A stretch of DNA of 64,000 nt from a virus (lineage: Duplodnaviria; Caudoviricetes): the IMG/VR virus record IMGVR_UViG_3300018405_000011, one strand, 5' to 3'. Positions 40,288 through 48,148 of the stretch are shown here, one piece after another. Positions within the stretch are counted from its first letter, which is position 1; every line of letters begins with the position of its first letter. The notes beneath the pieces were generated by a model that saw only the letters and a program-made list of their open reading frames with translations, did no database searches and was not told where the DNA came from. A program made the position numbers and the translations under genes.

Positions 40288-41704
40288 TCAAACCATGCAT
40301 GCGGCTACGTCGTTTGCAAACAGCCTAGCGGCTTCTAACATCGCCCTGGATGTACATCGTAATGGCCCGATTGATTTAATCATGGCTACGATGAACCCTA
40401 TTGAAGAAAACCCAAATGATAGTGAAGCTATCATGCAGGCAGCGCGTCCTTTAAATAGTGGTTTTGACCCACACACGGCAGAAGTTCGCCGTGTAGCGAC
40501 TATGCTGGCAGCGCGTGTAGCGGGTAACATTAAACTTGCACGTAATGAAATCAACCCGATGATTCGCGATATTATTGCGACATGTGAAAAGAGAAAGCAC
40601 GAAATCGAAAGTGATTCTCCATTAAACATTCGTATTAAGAATATTGCCGTTTTGCCAACCTTTACTTCTAGTGAACTAGAGGGCATGTACGAGCGCTTTA
40701 AGTTAGGAACGTTCCGTCCGGTGACACTCGGTGGCCCTATCCGTACTAAACTCATCGGGGCAATGACCGATGACCTTTTGTATGAAGGTCTAAAGCGTGG
40801 CAATGATGTTTGGAACACCGGCATTATGCAAGCGCTAAAAGAAGGTCGTGAGTGTTGTGGTTTTACCAATGCCTCTGACTTACTATTACGTGACGCAGAG
40901 TTAGCGTACGGGTCAGTAAAGTGGTTCCATGACCCAACGAACTTAATTAACTTCCTGTTTGTTTCCTCAGTACTCAATGGAAAAATGCCATCGGTTAATA
41001 TCGAAGACTTCTCCATGACTGAACGAGCTGAGCTTGCTAAGCTACAGGCGTATTACGGAAATAAACTGGCGATTCAGATTCGCACAGTGACGGATTTTGC
41101 CGCATCCGGTAACTTTATCTTTGTTGCGGAAAGTACTCGTAAAGAACTCTATGTTTATACGAAGAACTATCTGAAGTGGATTGAAGACGGCGGTAACGCT
41201 GATGCCTTAATCGGTGCAGTAGCTTCTGGTGAAGAAAGTATTGCCGGTGTGTCTTTCAGTATCAAAGATAAGACTGAGCACTACATGAATGTCTATAAGA
41301 CACTGGAGTCTCGCTACCGTGCTAAGCAGCGCATGATTACTACTACCGAAATGAAAGATGTGATTGAGACATCGGTCTATCGCACTATTCATTCTACGCT
41401 ACTGGATGACCAGATGCGTACGGCTGTAGCAAACGCAAAAGCCTTCTTCTCAAAACACCCACTGCAAACAAACGAAGACATTTTGGGCTATACCCGCCGT
41501 GCGGTGTGTCGTACATTTGCAGCGAATACTTCATGTCTAGAAATCTTAAACGACATTGACGCGTTTATGGAAGATAATGAAGGTATGACAATTGAACGTG
41601 CTGCGGTATTAGCCGGTATTCGTCTACTCGCGAAATGGAGTGCAGCGCAATTGAGTGTATGTCGTACTGCGGTGCGTGGGCCTGCGCCTGTCACTTCTCT
41701 TTAA
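40277..41704 (+). CDS. conserved phiKZ-like protein (gp177-like position)
   Basis: 475-aa ORF with GGAGG RBS, between RNAP beta and the protease cluster; synteny only. Confidence 0.55.
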   Translation: MLSNQTMHAATSFANSLAASNIALDVHRNGPIDLIMATMNPIEENPNDSEAIMQAARPLNSGFDPHTAEVRRVATMLAARVAGNIKLARNEINPMIRDIIATCEKRKHEIESDSPLNIRIKNIAVLPTFTSSELEGMYERFKLGTFRPVTLGGPIRTKLIGAMTDDLLYEGLKRGNDVWNTGIMQALKEGRECCGFTNASDLLLRDAELAYGSVKWFHDPTNLINFLFVSSVLNGKMPSVNIEDFSMTERAELAKLQAYYGNKLAIQIRTVTDFAASGNFIFVAESTRKELYVYTKNYLKWIEDGGNADALIGAVASGEESIAGVSFSIKDKTEHYMNVYKTLESRYRAKQRMITTTEMKDVIETSVYRTIHSTLLDDQMRTAVANAKAFFSKHPLQTNEDILGYTRRAVCRTFAANTSCLEILNDIDAFMEDNEGMTIERAAVLAGIRLLAKWSAAQLSVCRTAVRGPAPVTSL

Positions 41705-41721
41705 ACTCAATAACGAATAAG

Positions 41722-41750
41722 ACCTCTCTCTTACGAGGGAGGTTTTTATT
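41722..41750 (+). terminator. intrinsic terminator
   Basis: ACCTCTCTC-TTAC-GAGGGAGGT followed by TTTTATT. Confidence 0.6.
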
Positions 41751-41764
41751 CCATAGGTTTTCTT

Positions 41765-42490
41765 ATGGACGTAACACAATTAAAACGTGATGCTTCACGT
41801 ATCCATAAAGCCATTCATGTCGATTTAGAAAATCAAGTACTCGTGGCGAAAGAGCGTCTAGAGCTCATGGTACCGGAACACTATTTCAATGGTAAACTAG
41901 GAACAATTGACGAAGACTGGCGGGTCGCAGGCATTGTTGCGTGGATTGTCGATGGACATTATGGAGTATCATTAGTGAACTCCATGATATCATTAAGTCC
42001 TGAAGAAACCACCATTGTTAAAGTGGACGACGTCAACTACTTTCACTTTACTTGGACAACAGGGGCTTTGATTACCAAGAACTTTAACCTACCTCAACAA
42101 AAGTCACTGGTGTTTGAAATCTACGATGAAATCGTGGCAAAAGGGAAACAGCCATGGTATGTAAAGCACTTAGACCGAGCAGAGCTCTTTTACAGTGCGC
42201 CTAAGTTTGCTGGGGTTGACTTACGGTCTTCTCAGTCCATGCAATCCATCTTCTGTTCGTCGTGTATGCGTGACCCTAGAGACCGCAGTAAGCCAGCCCG
42301 TGAAAGCTTCGAGACACAGGACGACTACATGAATGCGGAAATCGACGTCATTCCTTTACGAAGTGTGGCCTTCGGTGCCGATAATGCGGCATCGCGTCTT
42401 CTAGGTTCATACTTAAGCACCGGTGTGGTTTCAGAGCTGGTTAACCCGTCTGAAACTGTCGAAGAAATAGAAACCCTTTTAAGGATGTAA
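41765..42490 (+). CDS. conserved phiKZ-like protein (gp176-like position)
   Basis: 241-aa ORF directly upstream of the head protease. Confidence 0.55.
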   Translation: MDVTQLKRDASRIHKAIHVDLENQVLVAKERLELMVPEHYFNGKLGTIDEDWRVAGIVAWIVDGHYGVSLVNSMISLSPEETTIVKVDDVNYFHFTWTTGALITKNFNLPQQKSLVFEIYDEIVAKGKQPWYVKHLDRAELFYSAPKFAGVDLRSSQSMQSIFCSSCMRDPRDRSKPARESFETQDDYMNAEIDVIPLRSVAFGADNAASRLLGSYLSTGVVSELVNPSETVEEIETLLRM

Positions 42491-42493
42491 ACG

Positions 42494-43288
42494 ATGAGTA
42501 CTATTGCGCTATACGAATGCAACATACTGAAAAGTAAAAATAAGGTTGGTCGATTAAAGACTGATGCAAATGGCTATCGTGAGATATGTCTAGGGGCGTT
42601 TAACTGCTTAACCGAGAAGGGGGAATTCTATCCTTTTACACAGGCGGTTAAAAACATGTTTAAACCCGGTTCCCGTCTACTACACCAAATCGAAACAGGT
42701 CGTCTGCGTGGGGAAATTGAGCACCCTTACCCAGTACCAGGCATGACATTCCCACAATACCTCAACCGCGTAAAGATGGTTCACAATCAGTTTGTCGCCC
42801 ATCATATCAAATCTGTACGTTTAGAGACGGCTAAAGACCATCGCGGTAATAATGTCGTTAGTGTTATCGGTATGGTAAAAGGTTCAGGTCCATATGGAGA
42901 ACAACTCGATAAGAAATTTGAGAACCCAGATGAGAACGTAGATTTCTCGGTACGTACGTTAACTACCCCTACTCCTGAAATCAATGGTGTTCCTCAAAAG
43001 GTGATTAATTTACTGATTACTTGGGACCAAGTTAACATGGGCGGTGTAGCTATTGCTAACCGTTATGATACTCCTTCTCTAGAATCTATGGATAGTGACA
43101 TCATATGGACACCAGAAAACGCACAGCGCTTTGAAATTACAGAAGCGACTCTAGCGGCGGCTGAACTCTGTGAGTCTGTAGGTACGGGCATGGAAAGCGA
43201 TATGCTCATTGACTCTACACTTATCCGCACCAGTCTAGGCTGGGAAAAGGTACAGCTTATTGGTCCTCGTAGCTCAGTAAACTGGTAA
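42494..43288 (+). CDS. prohead (head maturation) protease, phiKZ gp175/T4 gp21-like
   Basis: Catalytic motifs 'GEIEHP', 'FSVR', 'TWDQV'; C-terminal 'SLES' and 'GMES' are candidate self-cleavage sites. Confidence 0.85.
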   Translation: MSTIALYECNILKSKNKVGRLKTDANGYREICLGAFNCLTEKGEFYPFTQAVKNMFKPGSRLLHQIETGRLRGEIEHPYPVPGMTFPQYLNRVKMVHNQFVAHHIKSVRLETAKDHRGNNVVSVIGMVKGSGPYGEQLDKKFENPDENVDFSVRTLTTPTPEINGVPQKVINLLITWDQVNMGGVAIANRYDTPSLESMDSDIIWTPENAQRFEITEATLAAAELCESVGTGMESDMLIDSTLIRTSLGWEKVQLIGPRSSVNW

Positions 43289-43297
43289 GGGGGGATT

Positions 43298-43597
43298 ATG
43301 GAGTATATTGATATTGCTTTTGGGGTCACCTATGTAGTACTGATAGCGGCACTTCAATATGTTAAGCTGTTTATGACCGAGAAAGAACTTCAGTTCTGGG
43401 CTCCGATACTCCGTCAACTTATCCTAGTGATGGCTGGGTTTCGTGTACAAGTCGGTGCTAACGGTAATGTTACCTTTACCCAAGGCACGGCTTATGTAAG
43501 TCACGATACCGTTAAAGGAAGGACGGGTAAACTCATATTAGCCATCCAGTCCATTGCAACGGCTTTGGCCGGTGGCGGCGCATACGTTACAGGGTAA
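43298..43597 (+). CDS. small membrane-associated hypothetical protein
   Basis: 99 aa with hydrophobic segments; GGGGG RBS. Confidence 0.55.
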   Translation: MEYIDIAFGVTYVVLIAALQYVKLFMTEKELQFWAPILRQLILVMAGFRVQVGANGNVTFTQGTAYVSHDTVKGRTGKLILAIQSIATALAGGGAYVTG

Positions 43598-43662
43598 ATG
43601 TTAGGTGGCTAGGGGCTTAGAGTGCCTCTAGCTGCTGTTTTTCTGTGTTTCAAGAAAACGTG

Positions 43663-43682
43663 ACACCTATATAACCATAATG
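43663..43682 (+). promoter_or_regulatory. putative early promoter
   Basis: ACACCTATATAACCATAATG, a variant of the CCTATATTACCTTAATG motif, heading the small-gene island. Confidence 0.55.
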
Positions 43683-43708
43683 AATTAACCAATATAAAAC
43701 GAAAGTTT

Positions 43709-43744
43709 TCTCTCCTCTAGATACTTAAGTATCTAGAGGAGAGA
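43709..43744. repeat. perfect 36-bp palindrome
   Basis: TCTCTCCTCTAGATACTT|AAGTATCTAGAGGAGAGA with no spacer. Confidence 0.9.
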
Positions 43745-43771
43745 GAGACTTTTTTATTTAGAGGAGTCACC

Positions 43772-44047
43772 ATGTACGCTTTTATATTACGTGCGATTAA
43801 CTATACGCCCAAAGGGGAGCACCCTACTAAAACCAGTAAGGTCAAAATGGCTTTAGGTGTATTTCTACTGATTGGCTTCTTTCTATCAATAGCATGGCTT
43901 ACTGTTACAGGGCACCCACTGGAAGCCCTAGAACTGATTACGGCACTTATAGTCGTCTATGTACTAGCAACACCCAAACCGCGTGTTGAAAAGAAAAAGC
44001 CTGCTAAAAAAGAAACCGAAACTAAAACTGATACAGATACGGAGTAA
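43772..44047 (+). CDS. small membrane protein (2 TM, charged tail)
   Basis: GAGGAG RBS; two hydrophobic helices and a K/E/T-rich C-terminus. Confidence 0.7.
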   Translation: MYAFILRAINYTPKGEHPTKTSKVKMALGVFLLIGFFLSIAWLTVTGHPLEALELITALIVVYVLATPKPRVEKKKPAKKETETKTDTDTE

Positions 44048-44053
44048 TATCAC

Positions 44054-44302
44054 ATGTTTGCAACTATTAAATCTCGCATGATTCGCCTTGGGAACTTTCT
44101 TATTTTTAACTACTTAGATTGTGCAATCGAAAGACCTATCTCACTTATTATCAATATACTCGTAGCAACTGCGATTGTTTATGCACTTGCCTTTATGGGC
44201 ATTACTGGCTTTATAGGCGCATTACTAGGAGCTATCATTAACATTTCTCTTAAACGTGCTGTACTGCTGTTTTGTTTAAATCGCTCATGTGCTTATGCAT
44301 AA
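44054..44302 (+). CDS. small membrane protein, MFATIK family
   Basis: GGAG RBS; hydrophobic; shared N-terminus. Confidence 0.7.
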   Translation: MFATIKSRMIRLGNFLIFNYLDCAIERPISLIINILVATAIVYALAFMGITGFIGALLGAIINISLKRAVLLFCLNRSCAYA

Positions 44303-44350
44303 GCACTGATTCATAACTCCACCACCAACCCATTAAGAAGGAACACTATT

Positions 44351-44608
44351 ATGTTTGCCGCTATTAAAAATACGTTTAACCGTACCGTTAACGACTTTAA
44401 ACACTCAGGTGTTTACATTACATGTAGTGCGTTTGCATCAGTCTATCTGCTTGTTATGCTAGTATGTATCGCCGTTCTAGCAATTTCCATTATGCTAGAA
44501 TCCATCTTCCATATGGCAGGGATGCTATGCATCGTAGCACTCGTTGCGTTTATCGTCGATTGCGCTCTAACTTACTACAAATCTGACCTTAGTACTGTAC
44601 TTGCTTAA
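44351..44608 (+). CDS. small membrane protein, MFATIK family
   Basis: TTAAGAAGGAACA leader; two TM helices. Confidence 0.7.
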   Translation: MFAAIKNTFNRTVNDFKHSGVYITCSAFASVYLLVMLVCIAVLAISIMLESIFHMAGMLCIVALVAFIVDCALTYYKSDLSTVLA

Positions 44609-44655
44609 GTACACTCTAAACTACAACCATTACTTTATTAAGAAGGAACATTACC

Positions 44656-44994
44656 ATGTTTGCTACTATTAAAAACGCTTTAACTGTTGCGCTAGAAGCA
44701 ACAAAAGAATTCTTCATGGGCTTAAATCTAACAATGGTGTTAGGTGCAGTCGGTCTATTAGCTGCGGCTGCCTTAACTTGGTCCCTATGTAAACGTTACC
44801 TTGCTAAGAAAAACTCTACTGAGTCTAACGACTCGGCAGCAACCGAAGAGGTAGTAAAGCCTGCGGAAACTAACGCGACTGTATCCGAACAAGCTAAAGA
44901 GTTTAGTGCTGTAAAAGAGTCCATCGCAAAAATCCACGGGGACATTGAAGAGGTTCTAGAACAACTCGACGGTACCGCTGTGGCTAACGCTTAA
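44656..44994 (+). CDS. small membrane-anchored protein, MFATIK family
   Basis: TTAAGAAGGAACA leader; one TM helix and an acidic coiled tail. Confidence 0.7.
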   Translation: MFATIKNALTVALEATKEFFMGLNLTMVLGAVGLLAAAALTWSLCKRYLAKKNSTESNDSAATEEVVKPAETNATVSEQAKEFSAVKESIAKIHGDIEEVLEQLDGTAVANA

Positions 44995-45079
44995 CACAAC
45001 AATTAAGGTCGCTAGCGCAACCAGAAGGCATCTCTGCAGGGGTGCCTTCGACTGGCGCTATAGGCCGACTGGAGGACAT

Positions 45080-45832
45080 ATGTTTAGTACACTCATTAAT
45101 AAAATTACCCAACACGCCAGACGAGTAGGAATGGCCATACTGGTTATATTAACCCTAGGTTTCTACTCTCCAGCAGATTATGCTTTCCGGGTTCAAGTCG
45201 ACGTCGCCATGCCAGAGCCGCGTACTGTAGAAGTGCCATGCTGCTATAAAGAATCTCCGGTACATAAAACTGCGCCTATGCAAACAAATTCACCGGTGGA
45301 TAAAGAGAGCCATGCTTTTGACTTTCTTTCGAGTGACACAATGCCAACTCCTAAAAAGGAAACGGTAGAAAGCGCTCCTGTAGCCTCCCCTTATGTGAAT
45401 CAGCGACCAGTAATAGGTGCACGTAAACGCGCTTATATTACGGCGTCAGAGCACGAGGAACGTATTCGTCAAAGAGGACTTTACTCTAACACTCCTGTAA
45501 ACAGTATGGTGTATGAGGATGGGAATATATTTCAATTAGACCACCGTCAGTATACGCCTCGCTTTTCTATAAATCCAGGCGACATCGCGATGGAAGGTTT
45601 TCAGAAGAACATTACCGACTATTACTTACTAACCGGTGTAACGATAGACGACCATCCTTTAAATGAGGAAGAAACGGTACGTTTAGATTTACCACGGGAC
45701 CATCCATACTATGGCATGCGTCAAATCGATATATGGAAAGCTCTAAATTACCCTGACTTACGCCCTGGCGTACCAGGTGATGCGCGATATGCCCGTTATG
45801 GCTTATTATCCGTGAACGAGACCCTCGTTTAA
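45080..45832 (+). CDS. hypothetical protein with N-terminal TM/signal segment
   Basis: GGAGG RBS; starts MFSTLINKI; Pro/Thr-rich linker. Confidence 0.65.
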   Translation: MFSTLINKITQHARRVGMAILVILTLGFYSPADYAFRVQVDVAMPEPRTVEVPCCYKESPVHKTAPMQTNSPVDKESHAFDFLSSDTMPTPKKETVESAPVASPYVNQRPVIGARKRAYITASEHEERIRQRGLYSNTPVNSMVYEDGNIFQLDHRQYTPRFSINPGDIAMEGFQKNITDYYLLTGVTIDDHPLNEEETVRLDLPRDHPYYGMRQIDIWKALNYPDLRPGVPGDARYARYGLLSVNETLV

Positions 45833-45915
45833 TTTCGCAATAATTAACCACCCTGGGGCTTTCTATAGAGCCCCCCTTTTGTTCAAACTACAACTCTAGA
45901 TGGTAAGGAAACAAC

Positions 45916-46206
45916 ATGAAACACCTTAAAACTATAAGAACTACGCTAGGTAACCGAAAAGAAATGGACGATTTCTTTCTACGATTTAAGACCACTAAAA
46001 CCCTCAGCCACGCTTTTGAAAGTGTCTTACGTCGAAACAATGTTGATTTAAACTGTGAAACCTTTAAGTGTGCTAAAGAAAGCGCCATTCGTCGAAAAGC
46101 CCCTGCCGTAGTACTTGAGTTTATTGAGGCAGCGGAGGCAAGAGAAGAAGCCTTAGCTAAACATTCATTACAGGTAAGTACAGACGGTTGGTTTATTGAC
46201 CTCTAA
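45916..46206 (+). CDS. hypothetical protein
   Basis: AAGGA RBS; 96 aa. Confidence 0.65.
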   Translation: MKHLKTIRTTLGNRKEMDDFFLRFKTTKTLSHAFESVLRRNNVDLNCETFKCAKESAIRRKAPAVVLEFIEAAEAREEALAKHSLQVSTDGWFIDL

Positions 46207-46234
46207 ACGCGACAGTTGCATTTATAAAGCAAGT

Positions 46235-46255
46235 AAAACCTATATTTCCATAATG
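46235..46255 (+). promoter_or_regulatory. putative early promoter
   Basis: AAAACCTATATTTCCATAATG. Confidence 0.6.
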
Positions 46256-46277
46256 ATAATCAACCCACAATCAGAGA

Positions 46278-46709
46278 GTGAAAACTATGAATAGTACAGT
46301 ATCCGCACTAGCTAAACTACTAAAAGGTAAAGTACGTGAAGACGATGGTCTTATTGTAGCTGGTAAAGAAACCTATGTGGAATTAAGACCTGAAGGCGTT
46401 ACTGAAGAACAACTAGACAAAGTCAATCAGTACAATACGGATTACCTGGCGGCTTCAGCATTGGTTACCGGTGAACTTGCACATGCGTCACCTCATGATA
46501 CCGTTAATGGTGCATTTGAAGGCGGTGACCATATTGGCTTTGAACATCTCTTTCAAAGAAAGGTCACTATCGAAGGGGAAGAGCGTCATAACTACATGAC
46601 ATCTGCCATTATGAATGACTTCGGTACATCTAAAGATGGTATTGCTGCGGTACATAGCCATATTGCCCAGCTAATTACTTCTGAAGAAACCGTCGCTGAA
46701 GAAGAGTAA
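46278..46709 (+). CDS. acidic hypothetical protein (putative early)
   Basis: GTG start at 46278 (or ATG at 46287); ends 'EETVAEEE'; followed by a hairpin at 46723-46754. Confidence 0.65.
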   Translation: MKTMNSTVSALAKLLKGKVREDDGLIVAGKETYVELRPEGVTEEQLDKVNQYNTDYLAASALVTGELAHASPHDTVNGAFEGGDHIGFEHLFQRKVTIEGEERHNYMTSAIMNDFGTSKDGIAAVHSHIAQLITSEETVAEEE

Positions 46710-46789
46710 GGTCCCTATTGGCTAGATGAGGGAGGGAAAACCTTCCCTCATCTAATAAAGTCTGCTTTTATTAATAGAAGGAAAGTGCC

Positions 46790-47035
46790 GTGATATATCT
46801 AGGACGATTGGAAACTCCTAAACAAGTTAACAATGAGCGCGTTGCGCTGATTGCAAAATTCATGCGATTAACTAACCGCATTAGCCAATTAAAGAAAAAG
46901 TACGTAGGGAAAGTCCCGTACTGCAAAACTAAAATTACTCCGGTCAGTGGTGACTGCACCATTGAAAGTATTACCATGCAAATTACTCAAGCGGAACAGG
47001 TATTACGCGAACTTCAGGAAGGGGCGGCGACATGA
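46790..47035 (+). CDS. small hypothetical protein
   Basis: GTG start with AAGGA RBS; basic, coiled-coil-like. Confidence 0.55.
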   Translation: MIYLGRLETPKQVNNERVALIAKFMRLTNRISQLKKKYVGKVPYCKTKITPVSGDCTIESITMQITQAEQVLRELQEGAAT

Positions 47036-47211
47036 CCATGAAAGACCCGATTTCTGGTGAGCTCATGGATGTATTTGCTCCTATTCTTTTTATTGAAGAA
47101 GATGAAGAGCCGGTCGATGTGTTAGGGAACATCGATTTCGATGAGTACTTCTTTGACCCTACCCATCTCATCGATATGGAAGATGCGGTTCCCCCAGAAC
47201 CAGAACCATAA
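47032..47211 (+). CDS. very acidic 59-aa protein, not in ORF track
   Basis: MTMKDPISGELMDVFAPILFIEEDEEPVDVLGNIDFDEYFFDPTHLIDMEDAVPPEPEP; ATGA overlap with the upstream stop, GGAAGGGG RBS, ends just before a terminator. Confidence 0.65.
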   Translation: MTMKDPISGELMDVFAPILFIEEDEEPVDVLGNIDFDEYFFDPTHLIDMEDAVPPEPEP

Positions 47212-47219
47212 AAGAACTC

Positions 47220-47251
47220 TTCCTCTCTAGTGCCTAGGCACTAGAGAGGAA
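47220..47251. terminator. bidirectional terminator / perfect 32-bp palindrome
   Basis: TTCCTCTCTAGTGCCT|AGGCACTAGAGAGGAA between convergent genes. Confidence 0.75.
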
Positions 47252-47272
47252 AGAGTCATCTTATTTTTTTTA

Positions 47273-48133
47273 TTACAAGCTAGATGCTACGTTGTTTACA
47301 GCAGCACGCCCACCAATAGGCACAGCATCATCCGCTACGTTAACCGATAGCCCTGAAGTAAATGCAGTTAATGAGCGTGGCGCTAGGCCCTGCTTATTCA
47401 CTGAATCCAAATACTCCATGGCCATTGCGTTAACGGCGTCGCCTACCATAGTAAATGCCGTGAACTCTACTGACTGTTCTAGACCTTCTAAGGCTTCGCC
47501 TACCGCACGTTGCGATTCGTCTGTAAAGCCCTTAGGCATCATGTTTGAGCACAGGAACGCTGAAGTTACACCTGTCATTGAACGGTTAGGTTCAATAAAC
47601 AACACAACCATTGACTGGAAGTCTGGAGTAATCGCAGGCGAACCTGCTTCTTCATACGACGGTTTATTAATGATTGAAGGGTGACCTAAGTCGCCTTCTT
47701 GCATTAACTCATCCATCCAGTCTTCGATGATGCGAGTAATCGGCTTACCGTCTAACTCGTCCCATACGAAAGTAGGAGTAGAACGGTCACGAGTAACCTT
47801 AGTTACCGTTTCAAACATCTCGCCGCCATTGGATGCAATTGTTTCTAAGAATTCGGCGTTCTTAGAACGTACGAGGCCCGTAATGGATTTTGGTAACAAT
47901 TCAACCATTGCCTTTAAAAAGGCAATGCGGTCCGTACCGTCATCCTGTAGCTGCATACCTGTAGGTTCTTGAATAAGAACCGCAATTAAGCGGCCCTTAA
48001 CCAGTTTACCTGCATTTGCCCAGTTAGCAAAATCAGGGATGAAGCCGTTTTGACCGCCCACACGTGGGTCAGCCACACCTGAGTTTGAATTACGGTTCAA
48101 ACTGTGGGCGCTGTCTAATAAAACCTGTGACAT
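47273..48133 (-). CDS. tail tube protein (phiKZ gp30-like)
   Basis: 286 aa immediately downstream of the sheath; 'FIEPNRSMT.V..AFLCSNMMPK' and 'QSVEFTA'. Confidence 0.75.
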   Translation of the reverse strand: MSQVLLDSAHSLNRNSNSGVADPRVGGQNGFIPDFANWANAGKLVKGRLIAVLIQEPTGMQLQDDGTDRIAFLKAMVELLPKSITGLVRSKNAEFLETIASNGGEMFETVTKVTRDRSTPTFVWDELDGKPITRIIEDWMDELMQEGDLGHPSIINKPSYEEAGSPAITPDFQSMVVLFIEPNRSMTGVTSAFLCSNMMPKGFTDESQRAVGEALEGLEQSVEFTAFTMVGDAVNAMAMEYLDSVNKQGLAPRSLTAFTSGLSVNVADDAVPIGGRAAVNNVASSL

Positions 48134-48148
48134 TTATCCGGCCTCCGG

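Noticed and set aside
40288-41016. 242-aa minus-strand ORF
   Set aside because: Antisense shadow of the 475-aa gene, with Ser/Ile/Arg-rich composition typical of reverse-frame ORFs.
43298-43597. Holin call for the 99-aa hydrophobic protein
   Set aside because: No adjacent endolysin and unclear TM topology; left as hypothetical.
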